DNA of 64,000 bases from Chloroflexota bacterium (lineage in GTDB: Bacteria; Chloroflexota; UBA11872; VXOZ01), in the NCBI GenBank assembly GCA_963662335.2, contig CAXXVD010000002.1, forward strand, positions 736,001 to 800,000, in the 5' to 3' direction. Position 1 is the first letter of the stretch. Each line of letters begins with the position of its first letter. Of the stretch, positions 19,092-27,034 are shown one piece after another. The position numbers were made by a program, and so were the translations under genes. The notes beneath the pieces are model-generated. The model ran no database searches, was not told the DNA's origin, and worked only from the letters and a program-made list of their open reading frames with translations.

Positions 19092-20702
19092 ATGAAGATC
19101 ACCGCCGGTCCCTATCTGCAGAACGTTGCGCAAGACGCCGTCACCGTCATGTGGCACACCGGCGAACCCGCCACGTCGGTTGTGGAGTACGAACGGAGCG
19201 CGCGGCTCGGTTGGAGCGCCTACGAAGGCCGGCCGGAACCCACCTACCCCTGCCGCAGCGCAGACCGCGAACCGCGCACGCTCCACGCCGTGCGCCTCAC
19301 CGGCCTGGAGACGGAACAGGCCTACTTCTATCGGGTTAGCTCTTCCTCGCCTGGCGGAACGTCAGTTATGTCCGCGGGCGCGAGCTTTCGCACTGCCGTC
19401 CGCGAAAACTCGCCCTTCTCGTTTGCCACCTACGGCGACAGCCTGCGCGTCCATGAAGCGCATAGGCAAAATGCTGATCTTGCCCGCGCGTATCGCGCCG
19501 ACATCTGCGTCGGCGCGGGCGACCACGCGCAGGATGAGATTGCGAGATTTGAGGATTTCTTCAACTGCGCGGAGAACCTGCTGCCCTACACGCCGTGGTT
19601 CGCGGCCATGGGCAACCACGACTCGCCCAACGAGGGCTACTTCCGCTACTTCAACTATCCAGAACCCCACTACTGGTACTCGTTCAACTACGGCGCGGCG
19701 CACTTCACCGTGCTCAACAGCAACATGGACTACCGGCCCGGCTCGGAGCAATGGCGCTGGCTAGAACACGACCTCCAAACCTTTCAAAACGCACGCTGGA
19801 AGTTCGTCGTCTTCCATCATCCGCCCTATTGCTCGAACAACTGCGAGATTCCCGCCACCCGCGCGCTTTGCCCGCTGTTCGAACGCTACGGTGTGGACAT
19901 CGTCTACACCGCCCACGCCACCATCTACGAGCGCTTCCATCCGCTGCGCGGCGGGCAATACGACAGCGAAAACGGCGTAATCTACTTCGTCTCCGGCGGC
20001 GGCGGCTACGACATGCGCCTTGCGCCCAGCGAACTCTGGGACCACCTGCATCCCGTCTCCGCGTTGGCCAGACCCACGAACCACATTCTGCAGACGAGCG
20101 TAGCGCCGGACGAATGCGAGGTACACGCCATTGATTCAGAGGGCTACCGGTTCGACACCCTCAGGCTGCATAAACCGGCGGCCCCGCGCGTCCCGCTGCC
20201 CGCCGCCAGCCCCCAGTTGCCGTACCCCGCCCTGCCGCCTGACGGCACGGTGGTGGCCGGCCTGGCGGAGGGCGCATCGCGCTGGGTGCTGCCGCGCAGC
20301 CAGTTCGCGCGCGACACGGCGGTGGCGCGCGGCAGCCAGGAGAGCATCCGCTGGCGCAATCAGGGTGACCAACCGGTCGTCCCGGCCATTCGCCGCGTGC
20401 TCAAGGATGACGGCAAACTGCTGGCGGCAACCGCCGGCAGACGCTATGCGCTTGCGGCCTGGGTGCGCACGGCGGACGTGCGCGGCGGTATGACCGTATC
20501 TCTGGAATGGAGCGGCGACATGGGGTTCATCGGCCGCGTATGCTCAGACCCGGTTAGCGGAACGCAAGACTGGACGCGCCTTGAAGTCGCCACACCCGTC
20601 TTGCCTCCCTATGTCTACACTTGCCGGGTCGTGCTCTCCGCCTTGCCGGGAACGCGGGGAACCGCCTGGTTCGATGATGTCGCGGTGGCGGAGATTGGAT
20701 AG
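19092..20702 (+). CDS. Purple-acid-phosphatase-like metallophosphoesterase (N-terminal FN3-like, C-terminal CBM-like jelly-roll)
   Basis: GPYLQ..VTVMW, YGDS, GAGDH, MGNHD, FHHPPY, YERF, SGGGG; C-terminus YALAAWVRT...GTQDWTRLEV...GTAWFDDV. Confidence 0.8.
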   Translation: MKITAGPYLQNVAQDAVTVMWHTGEPATSVVEYERSARLGWSAYEGRPEPTYPCRSADREPRTLHAVRLTGLETEQAYFYRVSSSSPGGTSVMSAGASFRTAVRENSPFSFATYGDSLRVHEAHRQNADLARAYRADICVGAGDHAQDEIARFEDFFNCAENLLPYTPWFAAMGNHDSPNEGYFRYFNYPEPHYWYSFNYGAAHFTVLNSNMDYRPGSEQWRWLEHDLQTFQNARWKFVVFHHPPYCSNNCEIPATRALCPLFERYGVDIVYTAHATIYERFHPLRGGQYDSENGVIYFVSGGGGYDMRLAPSELWDHLHPVSALARPTNHILQTSVAPDECEVHAIDSEGYRFDTLRLHKPAAPRVPLPAASPQLPYPALPPDGTVVAGLAEGASRWVLPRSQFARDTAVARGSQESIRWRNQGDQPVVPAIRRVLKDDGKLLAATAGRRYALAAWVRTADVRGGMTVSLEWSGDMGFIGRVCSDPVSGTQDWTRLEVATPVLPPYVYTCRVVLSALPGTRGTAWFDDVAVAEIG

Positions 20703-20741
20703 CATCCCGTTAACGCCGGGTGTTTGGTCCTGTGCGCCAAG

Positions 20742-21031
20742 AGGGGGGGCAAGCCCCCGCGCTACGTCTATGCGACGGCTCTATGGCGATGCGAACCGCG
20801 CCTCGCACCTCCGGTAGCGCAGGTTTGCAACCTGCGAGGCTGTAGGGGAATTTCATGGCGTGCGATCTTTCCTCTTGCTCTGTCGGGGGACAAGCCCCCG
20901 CGCTACTTTGAACACCACTGGGGACAAGCCTTTGCGCCGTCCACCCCCGCGCGCGCTTCGACAGGCTCAGCGCGAACGGAGACTTGTCAGGCTCAGCGCG
21001 AACGGAGATTTGACAGGCTCAGCGCGAACGG
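20742..21031. repeat. REP cluster: GTAG-type A and H palindromes plus a 26-bp tandem triplication
   Basis: CAAGCCCCCGCGCTAC twice, GTAGCGCAGGTTTGCAACCTGCG once; CAGGCTCAGCGCGAACGG at 20962, 20988, 21014. Confidence 0.85.
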
Positions 21032-21078
21032 CAAGATGAAGCATCGAAACCGAGAGAGATGAGCCGAAACCCGCGATA

Positions 21079-21107
21079 TTGACGCTGAAATTGCCTTGTG
21101 CCATACT
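21079..21107 (+). promoter_or_regulatory. Putative promoter of the solute-binding protein gene
   Basis: TTGACG-17 bp-CATACT with TGn extension. Confidence 0.55.
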
Positions 21108-21238
21108 ACTGCTCAGCGAGCAAGAGCGATTAGAGGGGGAAAGGAGGCGATTCCGCCCCACGGGCGCGAGTACCCAAACAGTGTAGTCCAATTGCGCGCC
21201 ACTTCGCGGAGAAGTGGCCATTCTTAGGAGTAGAGACG

Positions 21239-22624
21239 ATGCAAGAGAAGCGACACGTCTTTTCCCGCCGCGGGTTCTTGGCGGGCGCGGGCGGCCTTGG
21301 CGGCGCGGTCTTCTTGGCGGCGTGCGGCGCGGTGCCGGTCGCGGATGGCGGCATGGCCGAAGAACAGCCGGAGCCGGAAGCCGAAGAACAGCCCGAGCCG
21401 GAAGTCAAGCTGATGCGGATCGACGAGACGTTCGTCGAATCCGACGGCCGCTATCAGGCTTTTCGCAACACCTTGGAGCAGGCCGAGGAAGCGCTGGGCA
21501 TCACGACCGAGATCGTGCCCGGCGAGTACAGCACGATCTGGGAACGGCGGCAGACGAACCACGCGGCCGGCCAGGCCGACGTGGACCTCTCCATCAACCA
21601 GATCAACTGGTACGGCTACGGCGGCTTGCGGGGCATCTTCCCGGACCACATCCCCTACTTCCAGCGCGATAAGATCCCGTTGGAAGACTACTTCCAGGCC
21701 GACCTGCGCTCGTGGACCTGGCAGAACAAGCTCTACGCCGTGCCTATGCAGTCCGGCGGCGAGGTGGTGCTCTTTAACAAGGAGTACTTCGACGAAGCCG
21801 GCCTGAACTACCCCGGCGGTGATTGGACCTACGACGACCTGCTCTCCATGGCCGAGCGGCTTCACAAGCCGGACGACGGCCGCTGGGCGCTGCAAGTGGG
21901 CCAGAATAGCCTCTGGTACATGGGCGGCACCTTCCTGCTCAACTTCGGCGGGTCCATCATGAACGAGAACGACACCAAGGCGCTCTACGGTGAGGACCCA
22001 TTGTCCCTGCGCGGCGCCCAGTTCAACGTGGATCTGCACATCAAGCACCAGTACACACCCTCCGGCGAAGACATCCAGAAGGTTACTGGCGGTAGGTCCG
22101 GTATCGGCATTCTCGAGGTGAGAGCCCTTGCCATGGAGTTCAACGGCATGTTCCGCTACAACGCCGCCAAGAAACACTTGGAGGACGCGCTGGACATTGC
22201 CATGCCGCCGCGGGACCAGCGCCAGACGGCTACCCTGGTTGGGAATGGCTACTCTCTGATGACCCTCTCGCCGAACCAGGAGACTGCTTGGAGCTTCCTC
22301 AAGTACATCCACAGCGATGAGGGCGCTGAGCAAACCGACTACTTCGGCTTCATCGCCTGGCCGCCGATTATCCGGCATGGCCTGTTCCCGAAGTGGGCTG
22401 CGCGCTATGAAGGCACGCAGGTAGAACAGGTTGTGAACGGTTGGGCCGCCGGCGGCCGCCCGTTCCCGCGCGTGCTGGAATTCAGCGAGGCCTTTGGCCC
22501 GTCCAATGCGCCCTGGTATGAGGCCCTGCGCGGTGAAATCACCGTGGCCGAGGGTCTGCGCCAGTCCGCCGACATCCTCAACGAGGTCCTGGATCGCCGC
22601 CCCGAGGAGTATCGGGAGGCGTAA
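21239..22624 (+). CDS. ABC transporter sugar-type solute-binding lipoprotein (Tat signal)
   Basis: SRRGFL twin-arginine motif, lipobox LAAC, NKLYAVP, FNKEYFDEAGL, WTYDDLL, AWSFLKY. Confidence 0.85.
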   Translation: MQEKRHVFSRRGFLAGAGGLGGAVFLAACGAVPVADGGMAEEQPEPEAEEQPEPEVKLMRIDETFVESDGRYQAFRNTLEQAEEALGITTEIVPGEYSTIWERRQTNHAAGQADVDLSINQINWYGYGGLRGIFPDHIPYFQRDKIPLEDYFQADLRSWTWQNKLYAVPMQSGGEVVLFNKEYFDEAGLNYPGGDWTYDDLLSMAERLHKPDDGRWALQVGQNSLWYMGGTFLLNFGGSIMNENDTKALYGEDPLSLRGAQFNVDLHIKHQYTPSGEDIQKVTGGRSGIGILEVRALAMEFNGMFRYNAAKKHLEDALDIAMPPRDQRQTATLVGNGYSLMTLSPNQETAWSFLKYIHSDEGAEQTDYFGFIAWPPIIRHGLFPKWAARYEGTQVEQVVNGWAAGGRPFPRVLEFSEAFGPSNAPWYEALRGEITVAEGLRQSADILNEVLDRRPEEYREA

Positions 22625-22883
22625 GCTCGACCTATTGGGAATGCGAGATTGATCTCCTTGCTTGGAGAAGTGAACGTAGGGGCACGACGTGTCGTGCCCC
22701 TACGGGCGTTAATGACTGGCGCGCGTACAGGGGCCGTGTCTGCCCGCGCGTTTCCGGTGCGCGCGTATTTCCAATGCGCCCGCGCCGGTATATAATCGCA
22801 GTGGCTGAACACGCCGGGCGCGGGGGCGCTGCCGCCGCGCGCCGGTGTGAAGGAAAATCGACTTCGTGAACGAGGAGCGCGCT

Positions 22884-23798
22884 ATGGCTGTATCGAACAA
22901 GGTCTACTTCTCCTATTTCGTCGATTGCGAGCCGCTGGCGGCCAAGTCGCCCCGCTGCGGCGGGCCGCAATCGTGGGCCGTGAGCGAGCGCACCGTGCGC
23001 GCCATCCGGCAGTCCTTCGAGGCGCACGGCTTGCTGCCCGCAGTCACCTTCAACCTCACGCCCGAAGCGGCCAAAGCCCACGCCGGCATGATGCGCGAGT
23101 GGCACGCCGAGGGCGTAAACATCGGCATCCAGCCCAACGTGCCCGGCTTTCGCTATCCCAAGTACGAGAACGACCTGGGCGAATACGACGAGGACACCCA
23201 GCGGCAGATCATTGCCGAGGCAACGGAGGATTTCGAGAACGCGCTGGGGTTCAGGACGGACACCTATTGCGCGTGTTGCGGCTCCAAGAGCCCCGTCACG
23301 CTGCGCCTGCTCTACGAGGCCGGCTACCGGCAGTACATCGCGCCCGCGCCGGGGCGTTACTTTCCCGACCGCCCGGACCGCACTACGGAAGGGGACTATC
23401 CCTTTCCCCATTGGGGCAGCACGCAGCACCACGTGCTGGGCGGCGCATTGCCGATCTGCGTCGTCTCGTGCAGCGGCGAGATGACCGGCGGCCGCGGCGC
23501 GCGCCCCCGCGACCTGCGCTCGGAAGAGCCGGTGAACGCGGCATCGCGCGAACTCTACCGCACGATCATAGACTGGAACCTGGAACTCTCCGGCCTCCTG
23601 CAAACGCCGGTGCGCGCCATCATCGGCGCTACCCACAACTCGGAAAAGGTCAACATCCCCAACGTGGATTACGTCTTGGACTACATCCAGGAAGCCACGG
23701 CGCGCGAGGGCCTGGAGCTAATTCCGGCCTCGTTCCCCATGATACGGTCGGCGCTGGCGGAGGCCTTGCCGCTCTCGCAAGCGACACTGCCGGCCTAG
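22884..23798 (+). CDS. Polysaccharide deacetylase-like (NodB-fold) protein
   Basis: YFSYFVDCE, VTFNLTPE, DTQRQIIAEATEDFENALG pattern; GAGGAG RBS before ATG 22884. Confidence 0.55.
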   Translation: MAVSNKVYFSYFVDCEPLAAKSPRCGGPQSWAVSERTVRAIRQSFEAHGLLPAVTFNLTPEAAKAHAGMMREWHAEGVNIGIQPNVPGFRYPKYENDLGEYDEDTQRQIIAEATEDFENALGFRTDTYCACCGSKSPVTLRLLYEAGYRQYIAPAPGRYFPDRPDRTTEGDYPFPHWGSTQHHVLGGALPICVVSCSGEMTGGRGARPRDLRSEEPVNAASRELYRTIIDWNLELSGLLQTPVRAIIGATHNSEKVNIPNVDYVLDYIQEATAREGLELIPASFPMIRSALAEALPLSQATLPA

Positions 23799-23864
23799 GG
23801 CAGATTCCAGATTGAGGTAGGGGAAATCAACGCTCCCAATACTTCCCCTTTCCACGGGAAGAGG

Positions 23865-24025
23865 CTGACAGGTGTAGGTATTCTATAATGGACTTCACGT
23901 GTCATTCCGAACGGAGCGTAGCGGAGTGTCGAACCCTGTTCGCGGAATCTAAAGCACAGCCCTGCAAAATCAGCATCTTTAGATTCCTCGCTACGCTCGG
24001 AATGACATTTGCCTACCCCTGTCAG
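23865..24025. mobile_element. MITE-like element B (CTGACAGGTGTAGG ... CCTACCCCTGTCAG) carrying a TGTCATTCCGA REP doublet
   Basis: 14-bp terminal inverted repeat with 1 mismatch, 161 bp long, flanked by ACGGGAAGAGG (23854-23864) and ATGGGGAGAGG (24026-24036). Confidence 0.65.
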
Positions 24026-24088
24026 ATGGGGAGAGGGCTAGGGTGAGGGTGAAGGCGTAGAATCGAAGCAGAAGCGGAGGCAGAACCC

Positions 24089-25252
24089 ATGGCAACCACC
24101 ATAGACCGGGCGACCGCAGCCGAACTCCAAGCGGAATCCACCGAGGCGGAAGCCATCGCGCCGGAGTTGCGCATCGTCGAATGGCAGAACGAGCAAATCG
24201 TGCGCGGCGCGTACCCGTTCCGCTACCAGGCGCCGGACGCCATGTTGAAAGAGTTGCGCGAACGCTACCGCCTGGACGACGTGATCGCATCCGGCCAGAC
24301 CGAGTTCGACCAGGTCTTGCTGCTGCGCGAGTGGGTGCACACCCGCTGGAAGCACGGCTGGTCGCGGGAGCCGGGACCCTACAACGCGCTTGACATCCTG
24401 GCCGCCGTGGAAGCGGGCCACGACTTCAACTGCGGCTACTTTGCCGTCACGCTCATGCAGTGCCTCTTGTCGCTCGGCTTCGTCGCCCGCAATCTGAGCA
24501 TCTGCAAGCCCGCCAGCGAGTGGATGGCTGAGGACGAGGGCAACATCGGCCACTCGCTCGTCGAGTACTGGTCGCACCAGTTCCACAAGTGGATTCTGCT
24601 CGACCCGGACCTGAACGTGCACTACGAGCGCGGCGGCGCGCCGCTCAGCATCCTGGAAATCCACGACGCCTGGGTCACCCGCCGCTGGGATGAAGTGACG
24701 ATGCTGACCGGGCCGACGCCGTTTCGGGTTACGGACAAGGCCATTTCCGGGGCCGCCACCACTTTCGCCAACCTGGATAACCAGAATGCCGAAATGCAGA
24801 TCTTCGGCTGGCACAACGTGGGCGACTACTACAGCCACGTCACGCTGCCCATGCGCAATACCACGCACTCCAGCCGGGAGCACGCGCCCACGCTGCACTG
24901 GGTGGACGCCCACACGCCGCCGCGCCTGGTGTCGTATAACGGCGTGACCGGCGGGACGTTTACGAGCAACGTGAACGATCTCTACTGGTCGGTGGACCAG
25001 GTGCAGATCGACCTGGCGGTCGACGCGGCGGCCTGGGAGCGGCGGGAGGCCCACTTGTCCGTCTCGCTCGACCACAGCATGCCGAATCTCGACCGGCTGC
25101 TGGTGCGCCTGGACGATGAAGAGTGGCGCGCGAGCGCCCCGGAATTCACCTGGCGTTTGCGCCCAGGCAAGAACCAGATCATGGCCAAGGGCGTGAACCG
25201 CTTCGGGCGGGAAGGCCACGTGAGCCGCATATTGCTGCGCTTCAATCCGTAA
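24089..25252 (+). CDS. Transglutaminase-like (Cys-His-Asp) domain protein
   Basis: FNCGYFA, GHSLVEYWS, WILLDPD triad motifs. Confidence 0.8.
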   Translation: MATTIDRATAAELQAESTEAEAIAPELRIVEWQNEQIVRGAYPFRYQAPDAMLKELRERYRLDDVIASGQTEFDQVLLLREWVHTRWKHGWSREPGPYNALDILAAVEAGHDFNCGYFAVTLMQCLLSLGFVARNLSICKPASEWMAEDEGNIGHSLVEYWSHQFHKWILLDPDLNVHYERGGAPLSILEIHDAWVTRRWDEVTMLTGPTPFRVTDKAISGAATTFANLDNQNAEMQIFGWHNVGDYYSHVTLPMRNTTHSSREHAPTLHWVDAHTPPRLVSYNGVTGGTFTSNVNDLYWSVDQVQIDLAVDAAAWERREAHLSVSLDHSMPNLDRLLVRLDDEEWRASAPEFTWRLRPGKNQIMAKGVNRFGREGHVSRILLRFNP

Positions 25253-25284
25253 CCCCTACTACACGTAACGAACAGGAGATGCCC

Positions 25285-26796
25285 GTGAACGTATCGGCAG
25301 CCCAGGGAAACTTGCTCGAACATGACGCGGACCTCGTCGTCGTCAACCTCTTCGAAGGTGTCACCGCGCCCGGCGGGGCCACCGGGGCCGTAGACCGCGC
25401 TCTGAGCGGTCAGATCAGCGACGCAATCGCCGCCGGCGACTTCGAGGGCAAGTTGCACGAAACCCTCTATCTCTATACCGGCGGTGCGCTCGCGGCGCGG
25501 CGCGCGCTGCTCATCGGCCTGGGCAAGCAGGAAGACTTCACGCTTGACCGCGCCCGCCAGGTGGCGGGCAAGGCGGCGCGGACGGCGCGGGACATGGGGG
25601 CGAAGCGGGTAGCCAGCATCGTGCACGGGGCCGGCGTCGGCGGCCTGGAACCGCTGGCCGCCGCCCGCGCCGCCGCCGAGGGCGCCACGCTTGGCCTCTA
25701 CCGCTACACGCGCTACTCGTCAGATGAAGACGCGAAGGAACTGGACGCTGTTACGTATGTCGAAGCGGACGCCGCCAAGATCGACGCCATCGCCGCCGGC
25801 GTCAGCGAGGGCGTCGCCATTGGCGAAGCGCAGAACTACGTGCGCGATCTGGCCACCACGCCCGGCAGCGACCTGCCGCCGGCCGCGCTGGCCGAGTCCG
25901 CCGCCGCCATGGCGCAGGAGTTTGGCTTGCGGTGCACAATTCTCGGGCCGGAGGAGATCGCCGCCGAAAACATGAACGTCATCTTGGGCGTCTCCCGGGG
26001 CAGCGACCAACCCTGCCGTTTCATCATCCTGGAATACACGCCGGCGGAGGAGACCGACCAGACCGTCGTGCTGGCGGGCAAGGGCATTACGTTCGACACC
26101 GGCGGCCTGAACCTCAAGCCCGGCGATTCCATGCGCCACATGGAGAGCGACATGGCCGGCGGCGCCGGCGTGCTCGGCGCGATGCGGCTGGTGGGGCATT
26201 TCAAACCGCCGGTGCGCGTGGTTGGCTTGGTGCCCGCGTCGGAGAACATGCCCGGCGGCAATGCTTTCAAGCCCGGCGACATCCTGCGCGCCGCCAACGG
26301 CAAGACCATCGAAATCGACAACACCGACGCCGAGGGCCGGCTGGTGCTGGCGGACGCGCTCTGCTACGCCCAGCGCTACAATCCCTCGGCCATCATCGAC
26401 ATTGCCACGCTCACCGGCGCGGTCATCATTGCCCTGGGCCAGCACGCCGCGGGCCTGATGGCGAACCATGCCGGCCTGGCGCAACGGGTCATTGCGGCGG
26501 GTGAAACGACCGGCGAGCGCGTCTGGGAACTGCCGCTGTGGCCGGAGTACGAAGAACAGGTGAAGAGCGACCTGGCCGACGTCAAGAACACCGGCGGCCG
26601 CGCGGCCGGCAGCATCACCGGCGCGGCGCTGCTCAAGAAGTTTGTTGACGAAAAGCCCTGGGTGCACCTGGACGTGGCCGGCGTAGACTACACCGACCTG
26701 GACCGGCCGTACATCCCCAAAGGCAGCAGCGGCTTCGGCGCGCGGTTGCTCTTCCAGGTGGTGCGCGACTGGGGCGAGGGGCTCGAATCGGACTAG
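25285..26796 (+). CDS. pepA: Leucyl aminopeptidase (M17)
   Basis: GKGITFDTGG, DMAGGA, NTDAEGRLVLAD, IDIATLTGA, WVHLDVAG; AGGAG RBS before GTG 25285 (or ATG 25279). Confidence 0.95.
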   Translation: MNVSAAQGNLLEHDADLVVVNLFEGVTAPGGATGAVDRALSGQISDAIAAGDFEGKLHETLYLYTGGALAARRALLIGLGKQEDFTLDRARQVAGKAARTARDMGAKRVASIVHGAGVGGLEPLAAARAAAEGATLGLYRYTRYSSDEDAKELDAVTYVEADAAKIDAIAAGVSEGVAIGEAQNYVRDLATTPGSDLPPAALAESAAAMAQEFGLRCTILGPEEIAAENMNVILGVSRGSDQPCRFIILEYTPAEETDQTVVLAGKGITFDTGGLNLKPGDSMRHMESDMAGGAGVLGAMRLVGHFKPPVRVVGLVPASENMPGGNAFKPGDILRAANGKTIEIDNTDAEGRLVLADALCYAQRYNPSAIIDIATLTGAVIIALGQHAAGLMANHAGLAQRVIAAGETTGERVWELPLWPEYEEQVKSDLADVKNTGGRAAGSITGAALLKKFVDEKPWVHLDVAGVDYTDLDRPYIPKGSSGFGARLLFQVVRDWGEGLESD

Positions 26797-26822
26797 GCGC
26801 GATTGCCAAGCGCAGCGGCCTC

Positions 26823-26922
26823 CGTCATTCCCGCGAACGCGGGAATCCATCTTTGCGGGCCTACCGGTGGATTCTGGCTGTGGCGGGCATCCCGAAAGAC
26901 TCCCGCGTTTGCGGGAATGACG
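26823..26922. repeat. CGTC-type REP inverted doublet
   Basis: CGTCATTCCCGCGAACGCGGGAATCCAT ... CTCCCGCGTTTGCGGGAATGACG. Confidence 0.85.
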
Positions 26923-26974
26923 GTCAGGCAGCGCGCCGCGCCAGGATTACGGCTCAGGCCGTCGCGCCGCCCTA

Positions 26975-26983
26975 TGCTATAAT
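26975..26983 (+). promoter_or_regulatory. Extended -10 promoter upstream of clpC
   Basis: Perfect TGCTATAAT ~50 bp upstream of GTG start. Confidence 0.6.
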
Positions 26984-27034
26984 GCCCTCGTAGCGGAAAC
27001 CCGATTCCCTCCCAGTTCCAGAAGAAATCCGGTT

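Noticed and set aside
22080-22330. Diversity-generating retroelement variable region in the binding-protein gene
   Set aside because: No template repeat or reverse transcriptase in the window
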